From NCBI GenBank assembly GCA_964016885.1, contig OZ024743.1, forward strand, positions 9,238,001 through 9,302,000: 64,000 nt of DNA. Direction: 5' to 3'. Source of the stretch: Eledone cirrhosa. Lineage: Eukaryota. Made by a program: the position numbers and the translations under genes. Positions 1-11,071 of the stretch are shown here, one piece after another (the first letter of the stretch is position 1; each line of letters begins with the position of its first letter). The notes below the pieces were generated by a model that did not search any database, was not told the origin of the DNA, and saw only the letters and a list, made by a program, of their open reading frames with translations.

Positions 1-180
1 AATATGTCATTAGTTATTCTGTTATATTTTCCATTCTTCAAAATCTCCAATAGTGTTTGTATGCAATAAAAAGCAGGTCCTCTGGGTGAGGTTGTGATCG
101 CCATGGAGACGGATGAATTTGTAATTATACAAGTTGGCTGGCAAAATGTTTGAAGAAGAATTCTTGCTTTAGGACATTAA

Positions 181-1520
181 TCTACACACACACATACACA
201 TAAATACATACACACATATATACACACAGACATACACACACATACACACGCATACACACACATACACCCGCACTATAAACGCACACACACGCGTTAGCAG
301 AGCGATAGACTGATAGAGAAAGTGAGAGATAAAGAAAGTGTGAGAGTGTGTATTTTGAGAGCTAGAGGTAGAGATAGATAGATAAAAAACTGAGAGAGAG
401 AGAGAGAGTGAGTGAATGAGTAAGAGAGAGAACGAGAGAGAAAGAAAGAGAGAGTAAGAAAGAAAGGGAGAGAGAGTGAGTGAGTGAGAGAGAAAGAGAG
501 TGAATGAGTAAGAGAGTGAATGAGTAAGAGAGAGAACGAGAGAGAAAGAAAGAGAGAGAGAGTAAGAAAGAAAGGGAGAGAGAGTGAGTGAGTGAGAGAG
601 AGAGAGAGAGGGAGAGAAGGAGAGAGAGAGACTCGTCCATATACAGAAAGAGGAACACCAAGGTTCAATGGCAAACGTACAAGTTCACACACATATACGC
701 ACGGACATATGCATACATACATAGAAACACAGGCATATACACAGACCCAAACAGATACCTACAAATATACATTTACTCGTACATACGCATACAACCACAA
801 ACATACATACATATGCATCCATACAGAGAAAGACAGAAGCATACGCAGGCACATATACAGATAGGCAAAACACAGATTCATATACAGATATAAGTATATA
901 TATTCAGTCAGAAGCCACACAGTCACAGCTACACACACACACACACACACACACACTATACTGACACACACACACACACAGATACACATAGAAACCACTG
1001 GATGAACGTATTACTCTCCACCTATGGAATAATCATTTCTTTAAGGAAGTGTGTTGTAATATTTTCAAATCTGGATGGCAGATTACAATGTGTGTAATGC
1101 ACACACATTCAGACACAGACACATACACATACGCATGCAAATACATTGATGCAAGCACATACATGCACACATAGAGACACAGACACGCACACTCACACGG
1201 CATAGCAAGCACACACATACAAAGACACAGGCCCACGCACCGACACAGCAGGTACACACATACTCACACACAGATGTATACATATAGTCTTACACACATG
1301 TATACATATAGTGTTACAAACACGCAACAAACAGGCATACACACACGCTCACAACGAGGCAAGGTACAATTTTCACGCAAGCTCTAACAGGAACACACCC
1401 AGACATACAACATAGGCACAGGCGTACGCATACACAAAGATACACACACACAAACACAAACACACGCCGCACATACAACGAAATACACGCATTCACGCAC
1501 ACAGACACAGACATGTACGT
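181..1520. repeat. Degenerate (CA)n/(GA)n low-complexity tract
   Basis: Interrupted CA and GA dinucleotide runs; the overlapping ORFs are translated microsatellite. Confidence 0.9.
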
Positions 1521-1833
1521 GTGTGTTACTGGACTCCACTATGTTTTGAATCATACTAGTTTAAATTAGCATAGCCGATTGGTTAAGAGGTTCGCTTTGC
1601 AATCATAAGATACTGTGTTCGATCCTCCTGCGTGGAATTGTGGGCAAGTGCCATTTACCATGCCGTGGGAATTAAACTGGGTAGACGGGAGCTACTTGGA
1701 AGCCCGTCGGATGAACTGTACCCATAAATCAAGGTGCTAGTCTTATCATACACTGTCCCGCCGAATCGTTCTGAGAATCCTGTTAAAGGTCTCTGGAATG
1801 TCCAGCCACTAACACTATTCCAGTTTAAAGTAC
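1022..1833 (-). other. Candidate spliced exon pair (1833-1722 and 1070-1022) of an unidentified gene or pseudogene
   Basis: Non-repetitive islands bounded by AG/GT on the minus strand. Their phases join in frame: TLNWNSVSGWTFQRPLTGFSERFGGTVYDKTSTLIYG|FENITTHFLKEMIIP*. No recognisable homology. Confidence 0.25.
1568..1710 (+). mobile_element. tRNA-derived SINE, octopus family B (degenerate)
   Basis: A box TAGCCGATTGGTTAAG and B box GTTCGATCC, then gggcaagtg...ggtagacgg...aagcccgtcg. Related copies at ~7975-8130(-), ~16120-16190(-), ~20630-20770(+), ~44760-44900(-). Confidence 0.7.
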
Positions 1834-1957
1834 CTAGAATAGCATGTGCAGGTACACACGTATGATTACATGTGCACATGTGTAGGTTTACATGAATATA
1901 TATATATATATATTTTTATATAATATAAGATCAAAAGATGGTTAAAAGAGTTCCAAG

Positions 1958-2028
1958 TATTTTATTATGCGCATTTCAAAAACAAATATCATCATGGGAT
2001 GATATCTGCGTTTTCATCAGATAAAATA
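1958..2028 (-). ncRNA. Minimal type I hammerhead ribozyme (intact core)
   Basis: tattttat-CTGATGA-stem II-GAAA-TGCGCA-TA-ataaaata: 8-bp stem I, palindromic stem III, AUA site. The sister copy at 3837-3907(+) has a C3U change. Confidence 0.8.
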
Positions 2029-2283
2029 GGGAGACATGATATGAAGCTTAAAAAACACTTGTGAATAGTGAAGTTTTAAATCAACATATGAAAAATAAAT
2101 TAAGATTGATGTATGAGATTGGGAAAAAGTGAATGGGGTTGGAAAAGGTAAGGAAGAGGAAGAGATGAGAGTAAAGGAAGGTGGGGGAGGAGTATAAGAA
2201 GGAAGGATGAGAGAGGTGGAGAGATGGGTGATAGAGAGAGAGAGAGAGAGAGCGAGATAGCCTTTACAACTGAGAAAAAAAAA

Positions 2284-2673
2284 CATTGTCTTGATAAAAA
2301 CTTAGTCTATGAATGTAAGGTTATGACTGATACCAATTCCTTTACCTATTTCGGTTCTACCTCCACTTCCTTCAAAGCTAGATTTTATAATCAATCACAA
2401 TTCGTCTTTTAGATACCAACTTAAAAGAACTAACACGGCACTCTCGGAACTCATATGGTTCTTGAAAGACAAAAATATTAACTATAACATCTCTTGGAGG
2501 AAGGTTTGTTCTGCCTTTCCTTACCTGAATTCTTATCCAGAACATGTAATCTCTGTCTAGCCGAGAAATTTACCATTAGATCTAATTTCAATTCTATAAT
2601 AAATAGACGCACGGATTTATTTTATCTCTGCTTGCATAAATTCCACAGAACATTCCATAAAGTATACAGCTAA
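2284..2673 (+). pseudogene. GIY-YIG endonuclease C-terminal remnant of a PLE (frameshifted)
   Basis: HCLDKNLVYECKV...TYFGST..FKARFYN/H.SSF...NTALSELIWFLK...YNISW...CNLCLAEKF..I.NRR..LF..CLH. The extra CxxC...CxH motif fits Naiad-type PLE endonucleases. Confidence 0.85.
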
Positions 2674-4031
2674 TATCTAATACCTTACTAGTTTAAAATC
2701 CTTTTTCTCAAAGGCTTACAAATATACCCATCTTTCTACCTTATTTCAATATTATTTATTATATATTATATAATGCAATTTACTCATTCTATATCATTCC
2801 TTTTTATCATTTTCCTTTCTTCCTTTTTTCTTTTTAATTTCTAACCTCTAATCTGTACTTTTTCTTCCCAACTACTTCTCTATTCTTATTATTGCTCACC
2901 ACAACATTATCCATTCTTCCATCTTTCCTCATATCTCTGGCCATAAAAATTATTTTTTTAATACATTATAGTATTACCATTAGAAGTCCTTCGTAAACAT
3001 ATCATTTTTTGACGTTAGATTTTTTCTTCCCTAAACATTTTCCTATCTCCTCCATCCTTTCATGCTCGTTTTAAACTACTACTTAATTTGACTTTTACAT
3101 ATTACAATACATAAAAACAAACTTAAACCCTAACTAATTTCTTTTAATATATTATATTATTACCATTAGAAAATATTTCGTAAACATATATACTTTTTGA
3201 TGTTAGATATTTTCTTCCTTAAACATTCTTTTCTTTTTTCCTTCCGCGCTCATTTTTAAACAAACTATTTACGTACACATATTACATTACATAAAAACAA
3301 ACTTAAACCCTAACTAATTCCTCTAAATTCATAACTCATTCATTCTTCTCCTTCTTTTCACATTATATCCTTAATAACATTAATATTTTAATTTTAATAA
3401 TACATATTAATAAATTCTTTTCCTCGCCTATATATAACCTTGTATATTAAACCCTTCAATATACAAACCTTAATTTAATACTATTTTAATTCCTTTTTCT
3501 TCATGCATAAACCTCATTAACTTTTAATTTCAAAATCTTTTAAATTATCTAATATCTTCCAACGCCTGTTTAATTTCTCTCTATGAGATAATATATATTT
3601 CTCAGTTGTAAAGGCTATCTCTCTCTCTCTCTATCACCCATCTCTCCTCCTCTCTCATCCTTCCTTCTTATACTCCTCCCCCACCTTCCTTTACTCTCAT
3701 CTCTTCCTCTTCCTTACCTTTTCCAACCCCATTCACTTTTTCCCAATCTCATACATCAATCTTAATTTATTTTTCATATGTTGATTTAAAACTTCACTAT
3801 TCATAAGTGTTTTTTAAGCTTCATATCATGTCTCCCTATTTTATTTGATGAGAACTCAGATATCATCCCATGATGATATTTGTTTTTGAAATGCGCATAA
3901 TAAAATACTTGGAACTCTTTTAACCATCTTTTGATCTTATATTATTTATACTCCAGTCCTACAAACTGTAGAGTGCTACTTATCCGATATTTGCATTGCT
4001 TTATTGTGCTACAATAAAACTCACCTCCTAC

Positions 4032-4109
<78 letters not shown>

Positions 4110-4115
<6 letters not shown>

Positions 4116-5200
4116 TTCAAATATTAACAAAATAGATATTCTTGTGATCAATTAAATTTTAATATATATATTTCAGAGGTACTTGAATCAAGTTCAACAG
4201 TACGTCCTCATCAGATAAAATAAAATGATACACGAGTTCGGTCTTCCCTACTAATGTACTGATTTAATATAATATATGAACAAATAATAAAAAAATAATT
4301 AATAATTTTTAGTCCTCTTATTATGATCAATGCACATATATATATATATATATATATAGCTGAAAACTCTGACTTCTTTAGGTTTAATTGTTATACTTTA
4401 GGCACTATAACTATTTAACAATAAATCCCTTGATAGTTATAACTGTAAATACTTCATAAACAATACTTATGGAAAATGTTGTCACTGTTACAAGTAATTT
4501 TGTTAAAGATTACCTTTGTGAGAATTTTGAACAGTATATATTTTTCCTTCGCGGGCCTCGTAAATCCTTTAAACTTGTTTTCATAAAACTTTAAATTTTG
4601 AAATTTAACAATTTTATAAAATTTATAAAATTTATAAAATTAATACATATAACCATCAACTTTTAAAACCCAAAATTTTGATTCTTTACCCTAAAATAAC
4701 ATAAATTAAATATTTTGAAATTTAACCGCCAAGGTTATACATGTTTATATGTGACCGAAGAAAATTTGAGCATAAATTACTCCCCTTTATCTCTCCCTCT
4801 CTTTAATTATCTGTAGGTTGCATTCTCAAGCTAAAAACTCAATAAATTATAACTCCAGATACGTCTTACTCTATAGTCCTATAGTAGTATTTCAGATTTT
4901 AAAAACTCTATAACTGTTGCATTAAGGCAATGTTTTTCTAACTCACACTCTCTCTATTGATTCTACTACGTTTTCGCATGTTCTTAATATTAGGGTATGC
5001 ATATTGAGTTTTCTCATAAGTTAATCACTACCTTGATTAAATCTTAACCATCTAACATGTCAGGGTATGTCATGTATCATTTTATTTTATCTGATGAGGA
5101 CGTACTGTTGAACTGGATTCAAGCACCTCTGAAATATATATAATAAAATTAAATTGATCACAAGAATATCTATTTTGTTAATATTTGAATTAATATTAAT
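4110..5200 (+). mobile_element. Non-coding PLE 3' remnant with inverted terminal copy
   Basis: 4110-4232 is the reverse complement of ~5073-5195. Both arms contain an HHR and the element is flanked by (TA)n. Confidence 0.7.
5084..5149 (+). ncRNA. Minimal type I hammerhead ribozyme
   Basis: attttat-CTGATGA-stem II-GAAA-TATATA-TA-ataaaat. Inverted copy at 4156-4221(-). Confidence 0.75.
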
Positions 5201-5278
5201 AACTCTGGAAAATATTTTTCTGTAATATATATATATATATATATATACACGTAAACACACACAAATATATATGTGACT

Positions 5279-6133
5279 GGAAAAAAATGAAACGAAATTT
5301 CATTTCTCACTCTTAGTACGGTTGTTACTTAAATATAAGTATGTATACGTACATACATATATGTATACAGACGTACAGTAGTATGTATATATATACATAC
5401 ATGCACACATATATATATGTACGTATGGTTTTACCGAGCATTTATTATAATGCTCGGTTTGTTTGTAAACAAACATCCCGAATTAAGCCGTACAGTGTCT
5501 AGCAACCATCGTTGCCCTTTTGTCCAACACTGACAAAGGAACGCTGTACTAGCTTCAAGCTTATCAGCTATCGTCAACAACGTATACCCTCCTGCCAGAT
5601 GATTGAACGTCTGAAAGTATATACTTTCCTTATGCATATTAACGGCTGAGCAGCCTAATTTGCATATCGAGTGAGTTAATTGGCCGGGCGTCTGTATACA
5701 TATATGTATGTACGTATACATACTTATATTTAAGTAACAGCCGTACTAAGAGTGAGAAATAAAATTTCGTTTCATTTTTTTCCATTTATCGATTTCGGTA
5801 CGCCCGGCCGATTAACTCACTCGGTATGCAAATTAGGCTGCTCAGCCGTTAATATGCATAAGGAAAGTATATACTTTCAGACCTTCAAGCATCTGGCAGG
5901 AAGGTATACGGTGCTGACGATAGCTAATAAGCTTGAAACTAGTACAGCGTTCCTTTGTCAGTGTTGAACAAATGAGCAACGATGGTTGCTAGACACTGTA
6001 CGGTTTACAAACAAACCGAGCATTATAATAAATGTTCGGTGAATTCATACGTACATATATATATGTGTGCATGTATGTATATATATACATATTACTGTAC
6101 GTCTGTATACATATACGTATGTACGTATACATA

Positions 6134-6140
<7 letters not shown>
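5279..6140. mobile_element. Non-coding HHR-bearing mini-element 'alpha': one minus unit (5279-5690) plus a permuted plus unit (5689-6140)
   Basis: The two halves are reverse complements in circularly permuted order. The ~411-bp unit has no real ORF. The same family recurs at 26557-27226. Confidence 0.8.
5908..5950 (+). ncRNA. Minimal type I hammerhead ribozyme (intact core, GUA site)
   Basis: acggtg-CTGACGA-tagct aata agctt-GAAA-CTAG-TA-cagcgt. Degenerate copies at 5541-5583(-) and 26919-26969(+). Confidence 0.8.
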
Positions 6141-6186
<46 letters not shown>

Positions 6187-6589
6187 TTACATATATGAAC
6201 ATATGTGTTTACATGTGTACATGTATGTGCTTACATGAACATATATATGTGTTTACATGTGTATGCTTACATGAGCATATATCTGTGTTTACATATATAC
6301 ATGTATACATGTATATATACATATACATGTATACATGTATGTGCTTACATGCATACATGAATGTAAGCACATTCATCTTGTTCTAGCTGGACGAGGCCGG
6401 AGTCATCCTAAGCCAGCGATCCCAAGGCATCCACGTGTTTAGAGGCGACCAGGTCACATATGACTGACTAAACATGCACATATATGTACTTCATATATGT
6501 GTCTGCATGGCTACTTGTGCATACATGTATACATTTGTATGTTCATGTATACATGTTGCATGCATGTGCAGTAAATTATGCATGTGCAT

Positions 6590-6777
6590 ATTTCTACTTT
6601 TGGCACAAGGCCAGCAATTATCCCAGTGCATTACTGGTACACTATTTTATCGATCCCGTAAGGATGAAAGGTAAAGCTAACCTTGGCAGGATTTGAACTC
6701 AGAACATAAAGGGCCATAACTCTATGCCGAAAAGCATGGTCTCTGACGCTCTACCGATTCTGCCAATCCATCGCCCT
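6590..6777 (-). mobile_element. tRNA-derived SINE, octopus family A
   Basis: Reverse complement of ggcggtg..tggcag..tcggtagag..gagttcaaatcc..gcctttcatccttacggggtcgataaaa..gtaccagtaatg..ggccttgtgccaaaagtagaaa. Confidence 0.85.
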
Positions 6778-7039
6778 ATATACGTATATATATATATAAT
6801 GTACATGCATGTGCCCTCGTATGTGCATTCATGTATAAATTTGCGTGCAAGTAAACATGCATGTGTACATGCATTCATCTATATGTCTACACGTCTACAT
6901 ATACGTGTGTGCATATGTACATAACTATGTGCATATATACGTATGTATACGAGTGAAACGGAGTACTTATGCTTTGTCTGCATATTTATGTGTGATGATT
7001 GTAATGAATATATAGGAATTCTTACAAGTGACATAGCAG

Positions 7040-7306
7040 GCAAGCATTCAGGGGTATGTCAGATAAGGAAGTAACGGCTCCGTAACGCATCACGAATTAA
7101 TTATATTTTAGTCAGAAGAGAGAGGGTTGTGCTCACCGTCTCGAAAGTCGTTCTGTCGCAGACTTTTGAGTTCGTTAGTTATCTCAATTATACTCATTTT
7201 TATACTGTTGCCAACAAATAGTAAAACACTCACTGTTTGGTTTGGTTTTCGCTTCAGTATATTTATATAATTTACTATTTTTTTGGTAATATTAGGACAA
7301 CATGAC
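7040..7306 (+). mobile_element. PLE 3'-end remnant (Nematis-like terminus) with a degenerate HHR
   Basis: CAGAAGA...GAAA-gtc..gac-TT at ~7110-7170. Ends in catgacctaccccaaatataacaata, which matches the termini at 58651(-) and 61236(+). Confidence 0.5.
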
Positions 7307-9270
7307 CTACCCCAAATATAACAATATCTGTTTCAACACACGATTTCAAATAAAAAAAACTTTGCAAAACAAATACATTTAATTTTATAATTTCATCTTT
7401 GTGTTTGGATTTCAGTTGTTTAATATATCTTCTTTGTCAGTGTGACAGTTTCTAGAATATGGAGATGAGAATGTAATATTTTATATATTCATATTTTGGA
7501 ATTGTATATTATATTTCATTCAATACTGTTCGATTCAGTCTAGAGACTTTTTCACTATGATCTACCAGTCATATATTTGAATCGCTTCAATCCACTCGAC
7601 GAGTGCTTTGCAGTATTACTCCCAGCCCACCGCATTCTGAATTAAAATCCCACCTTCTGTCACAAGAAAAGCAGTGATGCTTCTGTTGGGAATTACGTCG
7701 GTATTCAGTTTCCTTGATCCTGTCTGACAATTGGCGTTTTTGTTTTCTTTCCCCTTTCCCCGTTTCAAAGGTTTTCTAATGATTTGGTAAAAGAAGGATT
7801 TTCAGTGCCACTGAGACCAGTGGGAGGAAGTACTCCTCTGACACTTCACCTTTACCTATGTTCCACTGTTTGCATTAAAATGAACCTCGCAAAGACACAC
7901 AAGTGTCAGGTGGTGGTTTTGAACATTGATAACCTTCTACGTCTAACACAAACAAACAAACAAACAAAACAAGAGCGGTCCTGCTTCTACTGGGTTTCCG
8001 TCTGTTAGATTTCATTTACATGGCTTTGGTCAACACATGCCTATAGTAGAAAATAGGTGCTGTGAAATGGAATCGAAACTGAAACCATGTATATTGTGAA
8101 ACAAGATTCTCAAGACTGAAGCATTGTATATTTAGATTCTTATCCTTTTCTGACATTTCATGTACAATATGTATTTTTATAGTTATCAAAATACTTTCTT
8201 ACAGATTAGTTGTCTGATTCATCCCACTCAAACATGTTTCATTATCAAACGTCTTTGACTGTTGTTTACTTGCTATAAATGAGACGATAAGCGCTTTCTT
8301 TCGTACGTATTGACTACACTTAACCACTACCTAGCTAGATCATCCCTCGAATTTACCGTTGGTTGACATTATGTTAATATTGGTCATGTATTTTATTTCT
8401 TGAAGAAGAGGAATATAGATTTATAGTCTGATACGGTGAAGTTTTAAAGTACACTGAAATAGTAGTATTTATATATAGAGATATACATTTAAAATCTGGT
8501 AATCAGAACAAAAGATAGCGAATGCACACAAAGGTCTTCACAATATATTTGGAAACAAATAAAGATAACGGAAGAAGCAATAGCAAACGTAGATTGAAAG
8601 AAGATATTCTAAAAATAAAGTTACTGTAATTCAGAGATTTTGACAAGTATTCAATTTGTTGACTTTGCAAGACTACAAGGTCGGGACAAACATGTGTAGA
8701 AGATCGTATTGGGACAGAAGAGAAAAGGAAGGGTGGATGACCGGTGATAAACGGAGAAAGGAACAAAGAGAGAGATGAAGACGTGATACGTATAGAAACT
8801 ATTGGGAATGGAAAGGAAACCAAGAATTGGCTTAGAAGAACAGAGAAAGAATGAGAATAGAAGGAAAGTAAAAGGAAGATGTATGGAAGGAGAAACAGCA
8901 GGAGATTGGACAAGGCATCATAATGGATAGGCATGAGATAGAAATGATAAAAGTGGTCTGGAGACATGGATAGATTTTAGAGCGGCCGGGAAGAAATTAG
9001 ACGCAATGAAGATTAGAGACAAATGGATATTAGAAGGAACTAAGTAAACAATAGAGGCTAAAGGTGAATAATGAAGTTGATAAAGACGTAAATAGAATGG
9101 CCACTAAATAAATCTAACAAGCTCAATCAATGCACAATTTACAGACACTAAACACACACACACGCACACATATATATATATTCACAGATTCACACATTCA
9201 TACACACATACCTGTGGTTATATATGAGACTGAGAATAAGAGAACAAGAGTAAGTGTGTACGTATGTATG

Positions 9271-9934
9271 TTATCTCTTTCTCTTAATTTCGAGTATATT
9301 TTTTTTGACCGGCCACCTTCCTGGAGGCAAGGTTGTAAAAGAAAAGAAATTGTCATCCCTTGAATCGCAAGAATGTTTTGCAAATTTTGAAGGTGCCAGC
9401 TATCGCAACCATTTGTAGATTATGAATTAGGGAGCTGCGCTCTTTGTCCGCAAATCCAAGTTCAGTCATACTTTGGTCCAAGCGGGTTGGTATATAACCC
9501 ATAGCTCCAATAATGATGGGTATGAAGCTAAAGGTGTATCTTGGATACTGGATTTGTAAACTCCTCATCAATGGTCCGTAGATGTCCTCCTTCTCCTGTA
9601 TTTTTCTGACAACGTTTACATCAAGTGAGCAGCTGATCTCCACAACAGAACACGTTTTCAATGTGTGGTCCCAAACAACAATATCAGGCCGGCTGTGCTT
9701 TAATTTGGTGGCAGTTTTTATTTTCAGGTTCCACCAGTATTGCTTAGTGCCATCTGTCTCAATATATTCTTCCTCGTTTGTTGTTAATTTTATTTTCCGA
9801 AGTGCGTTCCAGATGGTTCTAGCTATCCCATCGTGTCTCATGGGGAGGTAGTAGCGAGATGACATTCTTTCGCAGCTGGCAACAATGTGGATTACATCCT
9901 CGATCTTTGTTTTACATAGCCTACATTTATTGTC
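9271..9934 (-). mobile_element. 5'-truncated R4/Dong-like non-LTR retrotransposon (CCHC knuckle plus restriction-like endonuclease)
   Basis: ORF 9353-9934: CRLC..EDVIHIVASC, RHD, WW....RPDIVVWD...VEISC...EKEDIY...PIIIGAMG. A short 3' UTR follows, and both junctions are (TACA)n. Confidence 0.9.
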
Positions 9935-10029
9935 ATGTATGTATGTATGTATGTATGTATGTATGTATGTATGTATGTATGTATGTATGTGCTTGTGTAT
10001 GTACGTACGCATGTATGCATGTTCTGTTT

Positions 10030-10212
10030 CTTTGGCAGTATCGGTAGAGAGTTAGACATCATGCTTTGAAGCATAGAGTTACGTCCCTTTATGATCTGAG
10101 TTCAAATTCCGCCGAGGTTAACTTTGCCTTTCATCCTTACGGGGTCGATAAAATAAAGTACCAGTAATGTACTGGGTAATTGCTGGCCTTGTGCCAAAAG
10201 TAGAAACAATTA
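10030..10212 (+). mobile_element. tRNA-derived SINE family A
   Basis: Near-consensus copy with B box GAGTTCAAATTCC and tail ..gtagaaacaatta. Confidence 0.9.
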
Positions 10213-10239
10213 TATTTTTTAAATTTTCACCAACAGAGA

Positions 10240-10441
10240 GGGAGTAAGGAAGTGAGTGAGGAGAGAGAAAAAAAGAGAGAAAGAGAGAGAGAAAGGGAGA
10301 GAAAAGGAAGGAAGAGAGAGAAAGAGAGAGAAAGAGAGAGAAAGAGAGAGAAAGAGAGAGAAAGAGAGAGAAAGAGAAAGGGAGAGAAAGAGGGAGAAAG
10401 TGAGAGAGAGAGAAAGAGAGGGAGAGAGAAAGAGAGAGAAA

Positions 10442-10480
<39 letters not shown>

Positions 10481-10482
10481 GG
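10240..10482. repeat. (GA)n/(GAGAGAGAAA)n purine-rich tract
   Basis: Seen directly. Confidence 0.9.
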
Positions 10483-10706
10483 TGTGTGGAGAGATTTTCA
10501 GTGGGATACTTGACTATGTTAGTTGTCCTTATGAGTAATCTCTCTGCAAAAATAGTTACAATTTTTAAGAGAGCCAAGAGTAGGTAAATCCATTAAGAGA
10601 TTCCTTGGTGCAGTCGATAACGCAGCTGCTCGGTATGAAAGGGATTCGTGGTTCAACTCTGGTAGATGGTATTTTTTTCCATTTTTTTTTTATTTAACTC
10701 TCTTGA

Positions 10707-10866
10707 TAACAAATTGCCTGAAACCACTCTCGATTCTTCAATATGTAACAGATTGCCTGAAACCACTCTCGATTCTTCAATATGTAACAGATTGCCTGAA
10801 ACTACTCTCGATTCTTCAATATGTAACAGATTGCTTGAAACCACACTCGATTCTTCAATATGTAAC
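10707..10866. repeat. 39-bp tandem repeat, ~4 copies, possibly inside a decayed MITE (~10694-11058)
   Basis: Unit aacagattgcctgaaaccactctcgattcttcaatatgt with no spacers. Confidence 0.9.
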
Positions 10867-11071
10867 TACTTGATTTAAATGATTTTTTTTATCTATAATA
10901 CTTTATGTAAGAAACTTTGCTTGATTATGTTCCAGACACCAGCTTAATGGTGTGAAAGTTAACAATAGTACGAAATATTTCCAAATTCTTTATTATTTTC
11001 CAAATGACTTGAAAATCATAGAGTGTTTCATTAGAAGCATGGTAAGGAAAGTGCTAATGACGTAATCGAAT

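Larger units (their letters stand above)
1921..4034 (+). mobile_element. 5'-truncated Penelope-like element (Naiad/Chlamys-type GIY-YIG) with an inverted 3' copy
   Basis: 1921-2277 is the reverse complement of 3598-3944. An endonuclease remnant lies at 2284-2673, followed by a long 3' UTR with an HHR. Flanked by TA runs. Confidence 0.85.

Noticed and set aside
294-1514. Numerous YI/CV/HT/ER/LS-repeat ORFs here and throughout the window
   Set aside because: They are translations of (TA)n, (CA)n, (GA)n and (TACA)n microsatellites.
7770-7909. Plus-strand exon candidate with a strong pyrimidine tract
   Set aside because: The donor is weak, and the opposite strand resembles a decayed RTE C-terminus (basic stretch followed by HCFSC), which would explain the composition.
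8500-9100. 154-aa minus-strand ORF or possible very old PLE
   Set aside because: Low-complexity pyrimidine-biased translation; the PLE-like traces are too faint to call.
10030-10212. tRNA genes at A/B-box motifs
   Set aside because: No cloverleaf; these are heads of multi-copy SINEs.
10707-10866. 39-bp repeats here and at 23599 as CRISPR or coding repeats
   Set aside because: No spacers; open frames follow trivially from a period divisible by 3.
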